DNA of 64,000 nucleotides, taken from assembly GCA_001643675.2 (NCBI GenBank), contig LSRY02000029.1:434001-498000 (forward strand), read 5' to 3'. This stretch comes from Monocercomonoides exilis PA203 (Eukaryota; Protista; Preaxostyla). The notes under the pieces were generated by a model. The model was not told where the DNA came from, searched no databases, and saw nothing but the letters and a program-made list of their open reading frames with translations. The position numbers and the translations under genes were made by a program. Below, piece after piece: positions 54,013 to 64,000 of the stretch (positions are counted from its first letter, which is position 1; each line of letters starts with the position of its first letter).

Positions 54013-55405
54013 ATGCTGTATTTTAAAGATGAACACGTGGAATTTTTGCATTCTACTGATGAGTATCAAGTGTTCAGCGCGTTTAAAACAAGTGGAGAAA
54101 AGAACATTTTGAAACATTATCATTTTGAAGATAGCTTTGATTTTGCAAATGAAGATATTAACTTAAAGCTTTCAAAAGGGCAGAAAATCAAAAGTCCATA
54201 CACCGAAAGCATTGTGAATATAACTTTTTTTGGTGGCTGCGATTTGTACATTGAATCGGAAGACCAAGAGGGCACTGTACTGAAAGATGATGTGGAGCTG
54301 AGAAAAAGTGAAGGAAAGCATTATTCGAATGAAGTTTGTATTAAGCATTCATTCACAAGATAGAATCAGTTATTATTTAATGGTGTTTTTTTTAATTCAT
54401 GTATGTTTATTTTTAATTATTAAAAGGAATTATGGACAATTATTTCAGACATTTTGATGGGAATTTTTGAATACATTAAGACTGATTTAAAGCATGGCAA
54501 CATCCATTTGCAAAACATTCTTTTAACTCCTGATGGCCATGCAAGACTAGGTTTGTTCAAATTTTTTACGAATTTTTTCATTTTACACAAATCTGTTCAT
54601 AAAATTATTTGCGACCAAAACGATTAGGCATATTTCGAATCAAAATGCCGACCTTGACTCATGGACAAGCAACAGATTCGTCTTCGAGTTCATCATCGCC
54701 AGCAGCAGAACAGACGTTTTCAAATTCAACGTCTGATCTTCAGCAGCTTGGAATGGTGCTCTTTGAGCTGTGCACGCTCCGCCCTCCGACGCCTGCTGAT
54801 TTGGATGAGTTGTATGAATTATCCGAACAGACAAGAATTTCTGCAAAAAGAGCTAGCCATTTCCTTGAAAGTCGCTGTGACACAAGTGTTGACAAGCAGA
54901 TAGCAGCACTCATAGCTCTGCTGTTGTTGGTGCCAAAGACAAAGAAAGAAAAAGGAACGGCGGACATAGAAGACTTTACCAAAGTGTTTTGTCTGTGGGG
55001 TGTGGCGAAGAGGCTGCCGAGGCGAATCAAATTAGAGATGAGAGAAATGAGAAGAGCTCATAACGGATTGGAGGAGAAAAACGGAAGGGAAGAGAAAGAA
55101 AAAGAGAAAGAGGAGGAAGAGGAGGAAGAAAAGGAAAATGAGGAAGAAGAGAAAGAGAAAGAGAAAGAGAAAGATCAGATCAAAAGTGGAGAAAACACAC
55201 GAAATAGTCGAAGAAACTTACAAAGAAACAAACTAACAGCGCAGATGACGAGGAAGCAGAGGAAGAACAAGAAGAAGAATGAGAAGACTTCTATTTTGGA
55301 AAACAATGAATCAGATTCTTTTGATGATGAATCGCCTGCGCATCCATTTTACAGCAGTTCTGCAAACAGACAGTTATATTTTTGGACTCCTTCTTCTAAA
55401 TCAAA

Positions 55406-55459
<54 letters not shown>

Positions 55460-56198
55460 TCCTTCTCATTCTTCCTCTTCCTCTTCCTCTCACTTTGCTT
55501 TTTCTTCTCCTTCTCCTTCTTCCTATTCTTCTTTTTCTTATCCAACCACTTCCTCTTCTCGTTCTTATTATTCTTATCCTTCTCATCGTTCTAATCGTTC
55601 TAAACGTTCTAAACGTTCTAATCGTTCTTCTTCTTCTTCTTCTTCCTCAGCTTCTTTTCAATCTTCTGATTGTTTTGAAACACTTGGTTGGATTTCATTT
55701 TTAATTGTATATTTGGCATTTGTTTTATTTCTTTCTTTTCATTTTCGTTCATCATCATCTTCTTCCTCCTCTTCCTCTTCTTCCTCCTCCTCTTTCTCTT
55801 CCTCCTCTTTCTCTTTCTCTTCTTTCTTGAATTATCTGCTTTTTCTTCTCTTAAACAAAATAGATTCTATTCTTTCTTTTCTCTTTTCTTCTTACTCTTC
55901 TCCATTTAACTTTTCTAGCTATTTAAAGAAACTTTCTTGTCATTTTCTTGATAATCTTGATGATTTTATAATTTGTGCTGTTTGCATCTTTTTATTGCTT
56001 TGTTTGTCTTTTGCTGCTCTTTATCTTGTTCTTTTTGTATTTCAACTTGCAATTTTTTTGATTCGTTGCGCCATTCGCGCTGTTCGTTTTTCAATTCGCA
56101 AATTTTTCATATTGTTTATCATTTTGCTCGCTTTTCTCTTCATTTGCCGTTATTTAAAATCATTCGATTTCCCTTTCGATTTCTGTGCAGCTTATTAA
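54013..56198 (+). CDS. NEK-like pseudokinase with acidic/Ser-rich linker and hydrophobic multi-TM C-terminus; introns 54334-54426 and 54551-54627
   Basis: The spliced product shows kinase subdomain order (NILK; LYIESE..G.VL; YSNEELWTIISDILMGI; LKHGNIHLQNILLTPDGHARLGIF; SDLQQLGMVLFELCTLRPP). The C-terminus has 3-4 long hydrophobic stretches. Confidence 0.7.
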
Positions 56199-58199
56199 AA
56201 AATTGAAGACGACAATGAAAAAAATAAATAAATTAAGAAAGATAGAAAGAATGGAAGACTTCACTCTTCTTCTTCTTCTTCTTCTTCTTCTTGAAAAAAT
56301 AAATCGTAGTTTTTCTCAACATTATTTGTAATTGTTATTTTCAATTTTTTGCGAGCAACAAAAACTTCTTCTGAACTTCTTGTTTTCTTTCATCATTTTC
56401 AGATTTGATTTGATTTGATTTGATTTTTGATTCGCTTGTTTTGTTTATTTGTTTTTCTTTCTTCTTCTGATTGCTCTTTTCAGCATTTATTTTTTTTTTG
56501 ATTTTTTCATATGTGTTTTGTTTGTTTTGTTTGTGGAAAATTGAAGAAGCTAAAGAAAGTGGAAGAGAAAAAGGAGAGAAACGAAAAGAGAAAGAAAGAA
56601 ATCATTCGTCATCACCTTCTTCTTCTTCCTTTTCTTCTTCTTTTTTTTTCTTCAACAACATATTCAACAATTCATGATTCTTCTTCTTTGTCTTCAATTG
56701 AAGATAATGAATTACCAAAAGAAAAAGGCAAAGAAGAAGAATCACGAATTGCCGAATATGTTGTCGAAAAGAAAAGAAGACGAAAAATATAAAGAACTTT
56801 AATGCTTCTTCATCTTCCACTATTTCCTCATTTAAAGAAGTTTATTTTGACTGAAGAAAGACAGAAAGCAGCAAGACTTGTTTGAAATGCTTGTGCTGAT
56901 TGTTATTTGCAAAAGAAGCAAAGCAAAAAGATTGTTCTTGCATATTTAAACAAGATTTGCAAGTTTGGGGAGGAAAAGGCGAGAAAGAAAGAAAGAAAGA
57001 AAGAAATATAATATTTATTCATTTGGAAGCATTTTGTTTGTTTTATGTTGTTTTGAGGAACTTTGCATTTGGTTGTGAAGAACTAACAATTTACCTGTGA
57101 TAATGATTTAATTTCAAAGCTTCCATATTTCTCATTATTTGTTTGTTTACGATTAAATGATCAATCATGTTAAGCTTCTTTTCTCTTTTTTCTTTTTTTA
57201 TCATTGAGCTTTAAATGTTTTATTTCATACAAATCTTTCTGATAGTTTTTTTCTCCTTTAAATCAATCTTTTTGTTATATTGTGATGTTTGCAGTACCGT
57301 TTTCTAATTATTTCAGTTCGAGTCTTGAAGCATGCTGACTTCTTTCAAGTTGTTTGTATTTTGATGTTTTTAAACCAAAGCAGTGCTTGGCGCACAATAA
57401 CGGACAATGAATTTGCTCTTTGTTTTGCGTCAGTCTTCTTTGGGCGTTGAAATACCATGCACTTTCAAAGCTGCTAATCAAAATATTTTTCATTTGCATA
57501 TTAGTCTTTGTGGCAAACTGACTTTATTTTAATATGCTCGACATGCCTACTAACAATAAAAAAGTTTATTCGAGTATTTTAATTTTTTCTTTCATTGCAT
57601 TTTTTTCCATTGACATATCTTCGTCTTCTTTAATGTATTTATTTTTTTTTTTTCTTCTTCTTCTTCTTAATGCGTTTGAATACATCACTTCGATTTTTTG
57701 AAAACATTAAAAGATCAGTTTATTGTGAAAGAGAAATTTGATTCTTCATTTTAAAAAACATTCAAATTTAAATTGTTTATCACCAAAAATATTTTGACTT
57801 TTTAATTGAAAATGGGACGAAATATTTTGCTTTATGAATTTTGTTCCATTCTACTCAAACAAATATTTTTCTCAATTTTAGTATTTTTCTGTATTTTTTT
57901 GACATGGGAATGAAAAACTTATTATGATAAGGTTGGAGAAAAAGTTTGGAACAAATCTATGTTTTTTTCATTAATGAAAAAATTTTGCCCAAAATAGTGA
58001 ATCAAAAGATATTGCAATTGGGTTATATTTCTTTTATAACCCAAATTTTTCGATATGTGAAATTTTCAAATAAAAAATGTCTCCCTTATCTCCGAGCGTA
58101 GCAAAAAAAGCAGGAGATAAAAGATATAAAAATGCATTTTATTAATAAATAAACAAACAAATAAATTTTGAAACGCAAACTTTCAATTGCTCGCTTAAC

Positions 58200-59260
58200 T
58201 TCAGATTTCAACATTTGGGAAATAACTAACTCCAACCATAACAGCGCTTCTGTGAGAAAGCTGAAATAACAATACAAAAAGAAAATGAAGAATGCGACAA
58301 TAAAGCATCCTGAGAGCACCATGAAGTCAAAGTAGATCTGAGCAAAATGGCAAAAACATTCCTCCTTCCTCTTCAATACACCCCTCATAAAGAAGAAGAA
58401 GAAAATATCTTTGTCTTTTTTTGTATCATGCAATTTTATTAATGAGCCTTGATAAATAAATGACAGAAGCAGAACTCATAGATATCTTCCATGTTCTGTG
58501 AAGAACCAAAATACGTTAACTTCTTCAATCATCAACAAAAATCCTACAAAACACACTCGCATATTTCCAACAGCTGCTGCTGCTGCTTAACTCTCATTGA
58601 TGCTGCTGATCTCCAGTCACATTGCTTTTCATTGATTCCTCGCCTTCTTCTTCTTCTTTATTTCAGAAAAATATCATCCTTTCCATATTGTCGGTTACTC
58701 TCGTTGCCCAAAAACGCAACAATCAGTTCTCCTGCATTACATTCCAATATTGCGATATAATTATAGCTGTTCTCCATTTCCCACTGCTTTCAGTCCTCTT
58801 TTGTCTTCATTCTTTAAAGAATAATCTGTTTATTTTCATCTCTTGCTCCAAAAAATATCATAAAAAGCATGACATTTGCACATATTCCTTTATTTCCTTG
58901 TTGTTACACAACAATCAGTGCCATTCTTTAATATTGCACTCCAAAGCGGAGATTGGCCATTTCAACAATAACTCATATTCCTGTTCTTTGGAAAGGATAC
59001 AGACGAAAATATCTTCACAATCAATAGAACAATATTTAATACATTCGTTCATCAATTTTCAATAAACGAAAATCGTTATTATTCCTTGGGACAACGAATC
59101 TCAACAATTCATTAGATGGAATTTCAGAATTATTCCATTTCCACCATTTCCAGCTGCAATCATTGGAAATAATTCTTCTAATTATTTGGGAAATGTTCAT
59201 TAATTGAACTCTCATTTTGTTAAACTTTATTCCTTTTAAAAAAAAACTTTGATCAAAACA
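58200..59260 (-). pseudogene. Possible decayed surface-protein gene fragment
   Basis: Coding-like composition with only short broken frames (CSAGNGGNG-like stretch near 59130-59160); the family assignment is weak. Confidence 0.25.
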
Positions 59261-59456
59261 TCCATAATAACAAACAGAAAAAGCAAAGCGTTTTTTTTTT
59301 TTCTTTGAAATTACAAATCGAAAATGTTCGCGGAAGATGAAACAGTTTGAATGCATATATTTCTTTCATCTTTTATGAGTTTTTATTTTTCATCTGATTG
59401 TACTGTCCAATCATATGGACTTTCATTGTGAATTACAAATTGGTGTTGTTTTCTGA

Positions 59457-61230
59457 ATGAAATTTAAAATAAAAAAATCTGCATATAGGAGACAGACAAA
59501 ACTAAAAAGTTAACAAGTTTGAAATAATTGTTGCATGTGAATTCTTGCTTATTGTATTTCTTTCTTTCTTTTTTTTTGAAGAATTGTTTTCTGAGCTGGA
59601 AGGCTGCGATGAAATTGAGCAAAAACAAAAATTCATTGAAATGAATGAAGTGATTAATGAAATGGATAAAAATGAATTCGCATCTGTTTTCACAACAGAA
59701 CTGTATGATAAAATTCACAAAATGATTGAAGAAAAGAAAATAACAATGAAAAATGCTTTTTATTTGCTAAAGCATATTGGATATTGCAAAAGAATGAACG
59801 GTATCCAGAGCAGGAACTTTTTATATTCCTGGTTGAATTCAAGATTTAATGAGATGATTATTGATGAAAGTGAGAAGAAAGAAGGGATAAACCAAAAGCT
59901 ATTGGTTGATCTGTGCGAATGCTATTTGATGCTATTCGATGGTCATAGTTCAGAAGAATTAACTCCAATTTGTGTGCCCTATCTTGTGAAAGTTGCATCG
60001 AACAAAAAAGAAAACAAAGAAACTCAAAAAGAAGTGGAAATGGCTTTGCTGGCTTTGAGCAGCTATGAACAATGGGATGTTTGAATAATTAATTGCCTGA
60101 TTTGTTGAATTGTTGAATTCTTTTGTTGATGTATTTTTGATTCTTATAAGGAAATGGAACAAGAGTTGTATTTGAATGAAATCAAAGATATTATCCTATA
60201 TCATCAAGAACACAACAATCTGACACGACTTGCTTATCAGTCTGTTTGGGAGTTTTTGATTTACCGATTATTCAACAACCGGTCTTTGGAAGGTGCAATT
60301 ACAAATGAGTTGCATTTTATCAAAGATGCAATAAAGGAAATGGAAATACTGACAAAAAATATCGATTGGAAAATAGGAAAAGAAGAGGAACGAGGAAAAG
60401 AAGCAAAAGAACTTCTGATTTTGATAAGATGGCTTGAAACAACGAGATCTTATTTTTTCTCATGCAAAATTTGGAATGAAGAATCTGTTAAACTGATCGA
60501 AACAGTTTCAAGGGTGTTGAGGGCAGCGAAGGAGAATAATGGAGAAATTAACAGAAAATGCATAAATACTATTAAAGCAGCAGCAGAAAACATAGCTGTG
60601 AAAGTTGATGATCTGTTGAAAGGAGGAGCCGTTGATGCTGTTCTGGAGGAGAATCATCGAACAACGTTGAATGATAAAATAACAAGGGAATATTTAGCAT
60701 TTTTTCTTTCGATATCAAGGCGTCTCAAAGAAGAGGAAGAAGAAGAAACGGAAGAAGAAGAAACGGAAGAAGAAGAAACGGAAGAAGAAGAAAAGGAAGA
60801 AGAAGAAAAGGAAGAAGAAGAAAAGGAAGAAGAGGAAGAAGAGGAAGAAGAAGAAAAGGAAGAAGAAGAAAAGGAAGAAGAAATGGAAGAAGAAGAAAAG
60901 GAAGAAGAAGAAAAGGAAGAAGAAATGGAAGAAGAAGAAAAGGAAGAAGAAGAAAAGGAAGAAGAAGAAAAGGAAGAAGAAGAAAAGGAAGAAGAAATGG
61001 AAGAAGAAGAAAAGGAAGAAGAAATGGAAGAAGAAGAAAAGGAAGAAGAAGAAAAGGAAGAAGAAATGGAAGAAGAAGAAAGAAAAGAGTTGAAAAGGAA
61101 AGTGCTTGAAAAGATGGAGGAAGAAGGATATGAAGATTGGATTATCGGATTGAGTTATTATGTTATTAAAGAAATGTATTATTCATATTTTATGATTCGA
61201 AGAAATGAAGAATATTTTGTGCACTGTTAA
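59457..61230 (+). CDS. Member of a lineage-specific expanded helical-protein family (LFSELE..LLKHIGYC..DLCECY..EVEMALLALS..HQEH..WEFL); start uncertain
   Basis: ORFs 59545-60084 and 60154-61230 are joined by phase-0 intron GTTTGA(60079)..TAAG(60150). Two decayed paralogs occur in the window. Confidence 0.7.
60729..61080 (+). repeat. Coding minisatellite, ~15-bp units GAAGAAGAAGAAA(A/C/T)G encoding EEEE[K/T/M]
   Basis: Directly visible tandem units within the ORF. Confidence 0.9.
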
Positions 61231-61774
61231 AAATGTTTTGACAATTCGCTTCATTTGAATATGAGTGCAGCTGTTATTCCTTTTAAATATTTTTTAAAGA
61301 AAATGAGAGAGAAAAAGACATTTTATTGTTCAAAGTATGATTCCATTTGACTTTTGCATTTTCTCAAAACAATAATTGATTTCAAAAAAGAGTGATTAAC
61401 GCAGTGTTATTGCCTTTTATTAGTTCATCATCTTCTTTGACTTTAAAAATTTTTGGTAGACGTTCGACTTTCAATGGAGACAATTCTGTTGTTTATTTCT
61501 CCTTCTTCTGTATCTCAATCCGGAATAGCTCATTTTATATCTCTGCCACTTTTCATTTTTGATGCATCTATAAGAAATATATCATTTTGTCAAAAGGAAT
61601 TGATATGAAACAGCGCTGGGTTATGTATGAAGAAAAGAAATGTTTATTTGATATGTTGTGAATCGAATAAAAATTCAAGGTTATTTCATTGAAGATGCAT
61701 TTACAGAAAAAATTCTATTCAGGAAATTGATTTATAAGGTACCTTTAAGTGTTCCTATATTTTTGACAATTTAT

Positions 61775-62650
61775 CCGAAACAAAATATTTGACTTTACGC
61801 ATTTTCATTGAAAAATAATGCAACTAAGAATCACTTTTTGTGAACAATAATTTCCAACAAAATTGGTTCATTTTTTGAAATACGTTTGAGGTCAGATTGC
61901 ATAATGATATTATATGCGGGAAAATATGGACTTTAAAGCTTTTTATGCATAAAGCATGAAAAAATTGTTTCTCTCACACCATTTTCAATCTAAACCAGAT
62001 TATAAAATAAATATGATTTTCATATCCGTATGCAAACATAATTGATTTAACAGCATTATGAAATGCGATCTCACTTATATTACACACAATAAATCCATTT
62101 GTTTCATATTTTTTGATCACAAAAAGTTCATCAAAGATGCAAAATTTTTCGATGAAAATGCCTGAAGTCTAATATTTTGTCCCATAACAATTACGTTTGT
62201 ATACAGACATGAAAATAATATTTATTTTGAATTCGGTGAAAAAGAAATAAAGTTATGAGTGAAGCAATTTTTCATGCTTTGTTCAAAAAAAGCTTGAAAG
62301 TCTGTATTTTCCCCCATTTTATCAAAGGGCTAAATGTTTTCAAGTTAACTTTCATCAACACTCTTTGGTGTTTATAATATGGGGGAAAAAACGGACTTTC
62401 AAGCTTTTTTTGCACAAGGTATCGAGAATTTTCTTCGCTCATAACTTTATTTCACTCTCTCAGATTTTAAAATAAATTTGTTTTTCATATTTGCAAATTG
62501 TAATCATTGATGAAATAATATAAAAATATCCAACATTTCACGAATATCAAAAAATTGACACATTTTTATTTCGGTTTTTGAACTCAAAAAGTCAATGGAA
62601 CGTGCATATTTTTCAATGAAAATGTCTGTAGTGAAATACATAATACCATA
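61775..62650. repeat. Modular foldback-like array of modules A and B in mixed orientation (B- A+ B+ A- A+ B+)
   Basis: By-eye alignments among six segments and to 29308-29435 and 30447-30570. Confidence 0.65.
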
Positions 62651-62825
62651 TGGGTGATTATTTTTGAAATCATATCTTTTTTCGGAGTGTTGATTTTTCA
62701 AAGAATGTTTGTCTTTTGAAAGAAAAATTTTATTCAAAGGAGAAAAAGCATGACAATTGTTTTTTTAAATCAAATCGTTTTTCCGAATCAAAGATTAAAA
62801 TGAATCCAATTAGCCTTTTCACTTT

Positions 62826-62876
<51 letters not shown>

Positions 62877-62937
62877 CTTGAAATATTTTGCTCCGAAATT
62901 TTTGAATGAAAAATAATCACAATAATACCCATATTGC

Positions 62938-63595
62938 CTTTCATAATCAGAAAAATTTTAATGAAAACTTGTGAGTACGTCGTCCAATCCATCTTCTTCC
63001 GTGCTTTCAAATATTTTCCTTTTCAACTCTATTCTTTTCTCTTCTTCCGTTTTGCAAACAATCTTTTCTTTCAGTCGACCTGAAATAGAAATATAAAATC
63101 TCAAGCTGTCTTGTTCCATTTTGACACATATTGTTGGTTGCTGAATCTCTCTTAGAAACAACATCAACAGCTCAACCTTCCAAAAAGAAATTAACTTTTA
63201 TTGCTTTGTTTCCTGCTTCAGTTTCCAATTTGGGAATGCATTGATTGTTTGTTTCTTCGAAGTTATCCCTTGACATTCGAAAAATACACATTATGTTATT
63301 GATAAGAACAACAAATTCTTCATTTCACAATTGATATTTGAAAAAATAACATTTCAAAATTAGCAGCCATTTCCTTATTATTGTTGTTTCTATCCAATTT
63401 TTTCCTTTTTCCTCCTCTTCCTTTCTCCTCCAATCCACCAGTTTTTCCAGCTATTCAAATTCCTTAATTGCCTCTCTTGCAAAATGTTGCTCATTCGCAA
63501 CAACTGCTCACATCCTGTTTTTGTTGTTAAATCGGTTAAGCAAAAACTCCAAAGAAGACTTATACACAAGTTGCAAAAGATTGTGATGCTCTTAA
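62938..63595 (-). pseudogene. Second decayed paralog of the 59457-61230 family
   Basis: EHHNL..EFLLNRF..NEQHFAREAIKE..VDWRRKEEEE..ISISGRLKEK..KRIELKRKIFESTEEDGLDD, with several stops and frameshifts. Confidence 0.7.
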
Positions 63596-64000
63596 TGACA
63601 TTCGAAAAAAATTTTTTTTGTTTTTATTCGAAAACAGTTCTTTTTCGACAAACTGACAAAGAAAAGAAGATGAAATTTTTTGTCAAAAAAGATTTTTTCT
63701 GAGAAATTCTATTTTTAAACATGTGTTCCTATATGATTATTGACAGGAAAAATAATTTCCTGACGGATCGAGATAAAATTTTCATGTCAAAATCTCAATT
63801 ATGATTATAATATTTTTTTATTCAAATGTTATTATTCATTTATTCTAATTAGCGTAGATTAAAAAATACGTTTTTAAAAAAAGGATATCGACAAAAAGTT
63901 AAAATTGGAATTTTTAGATCATCGAACCTTCAGTGAAGCCAGTGACTGTCAATGGAGTCAGTATCTGTCAGGGAAGAATTTTTTATTTTATTTATGAAAC

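Noticed and set aside
63740-63980. Short inverted matches (TTCCTGACGGAT / ATCTGTCAGGGAA) near the window end
   Set aside because: Too short and possibly truncated by the window edge to call an element.

Overview
AT-rich, intron-rich eukaryotic (protist) genomic DNA using the standard genetic code. Short GT-AG introns with GTTTG donors, long low-complexity proteins and a repeated 'LFSELE..HQEH..WEFL' gene family are consistent with an oxymonad such as Monocercomonoides; this assignment is an inference, not a search result. By manual splicing I can support about 13 intact protein genes. These are two paralogous Kelch + Cys-rich-repeat + 3-TM receptor-like genes, an LMBR1-family gene, an ARM-like/SPRY-like gene, a low-complexity gene head-to-head with RRP8, RRP8, a ~3,500-aa charged low-complexity gene, DESI1 (PPPDE), DBP2/DDX5, CFAP58, SMC3, a SHIPPO/PG-repeat gene, a NEK-like pseudokinase with a TM tail, and one lineage-specific family member. 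There are also several pseudogene relics, a nest of inverted-repeat (MITE-like) elements at 2.7-4.2 kb and a modular repeat at 29-30 kb and 62 kb. The most interesting signals are: (1) a 528-nt DBP2 intron at the position of the yeast/human autoregulatory intron, containing a ~155-nt nested hairpin around a candidate 77-nt poison exon; (2) a receptor family joining a Kelch/TNFR-like ectodomain to an ENaC/ERGIC-like two-TM module; (3) an SMC3 whose key Eco1 acetylation lysine is replaced by Asp; (4) a frame-required 10-nt palindromic micro-exon in DESI1. All gene models and alignments were done by eye and need RNA-seq/HMM confirmation.
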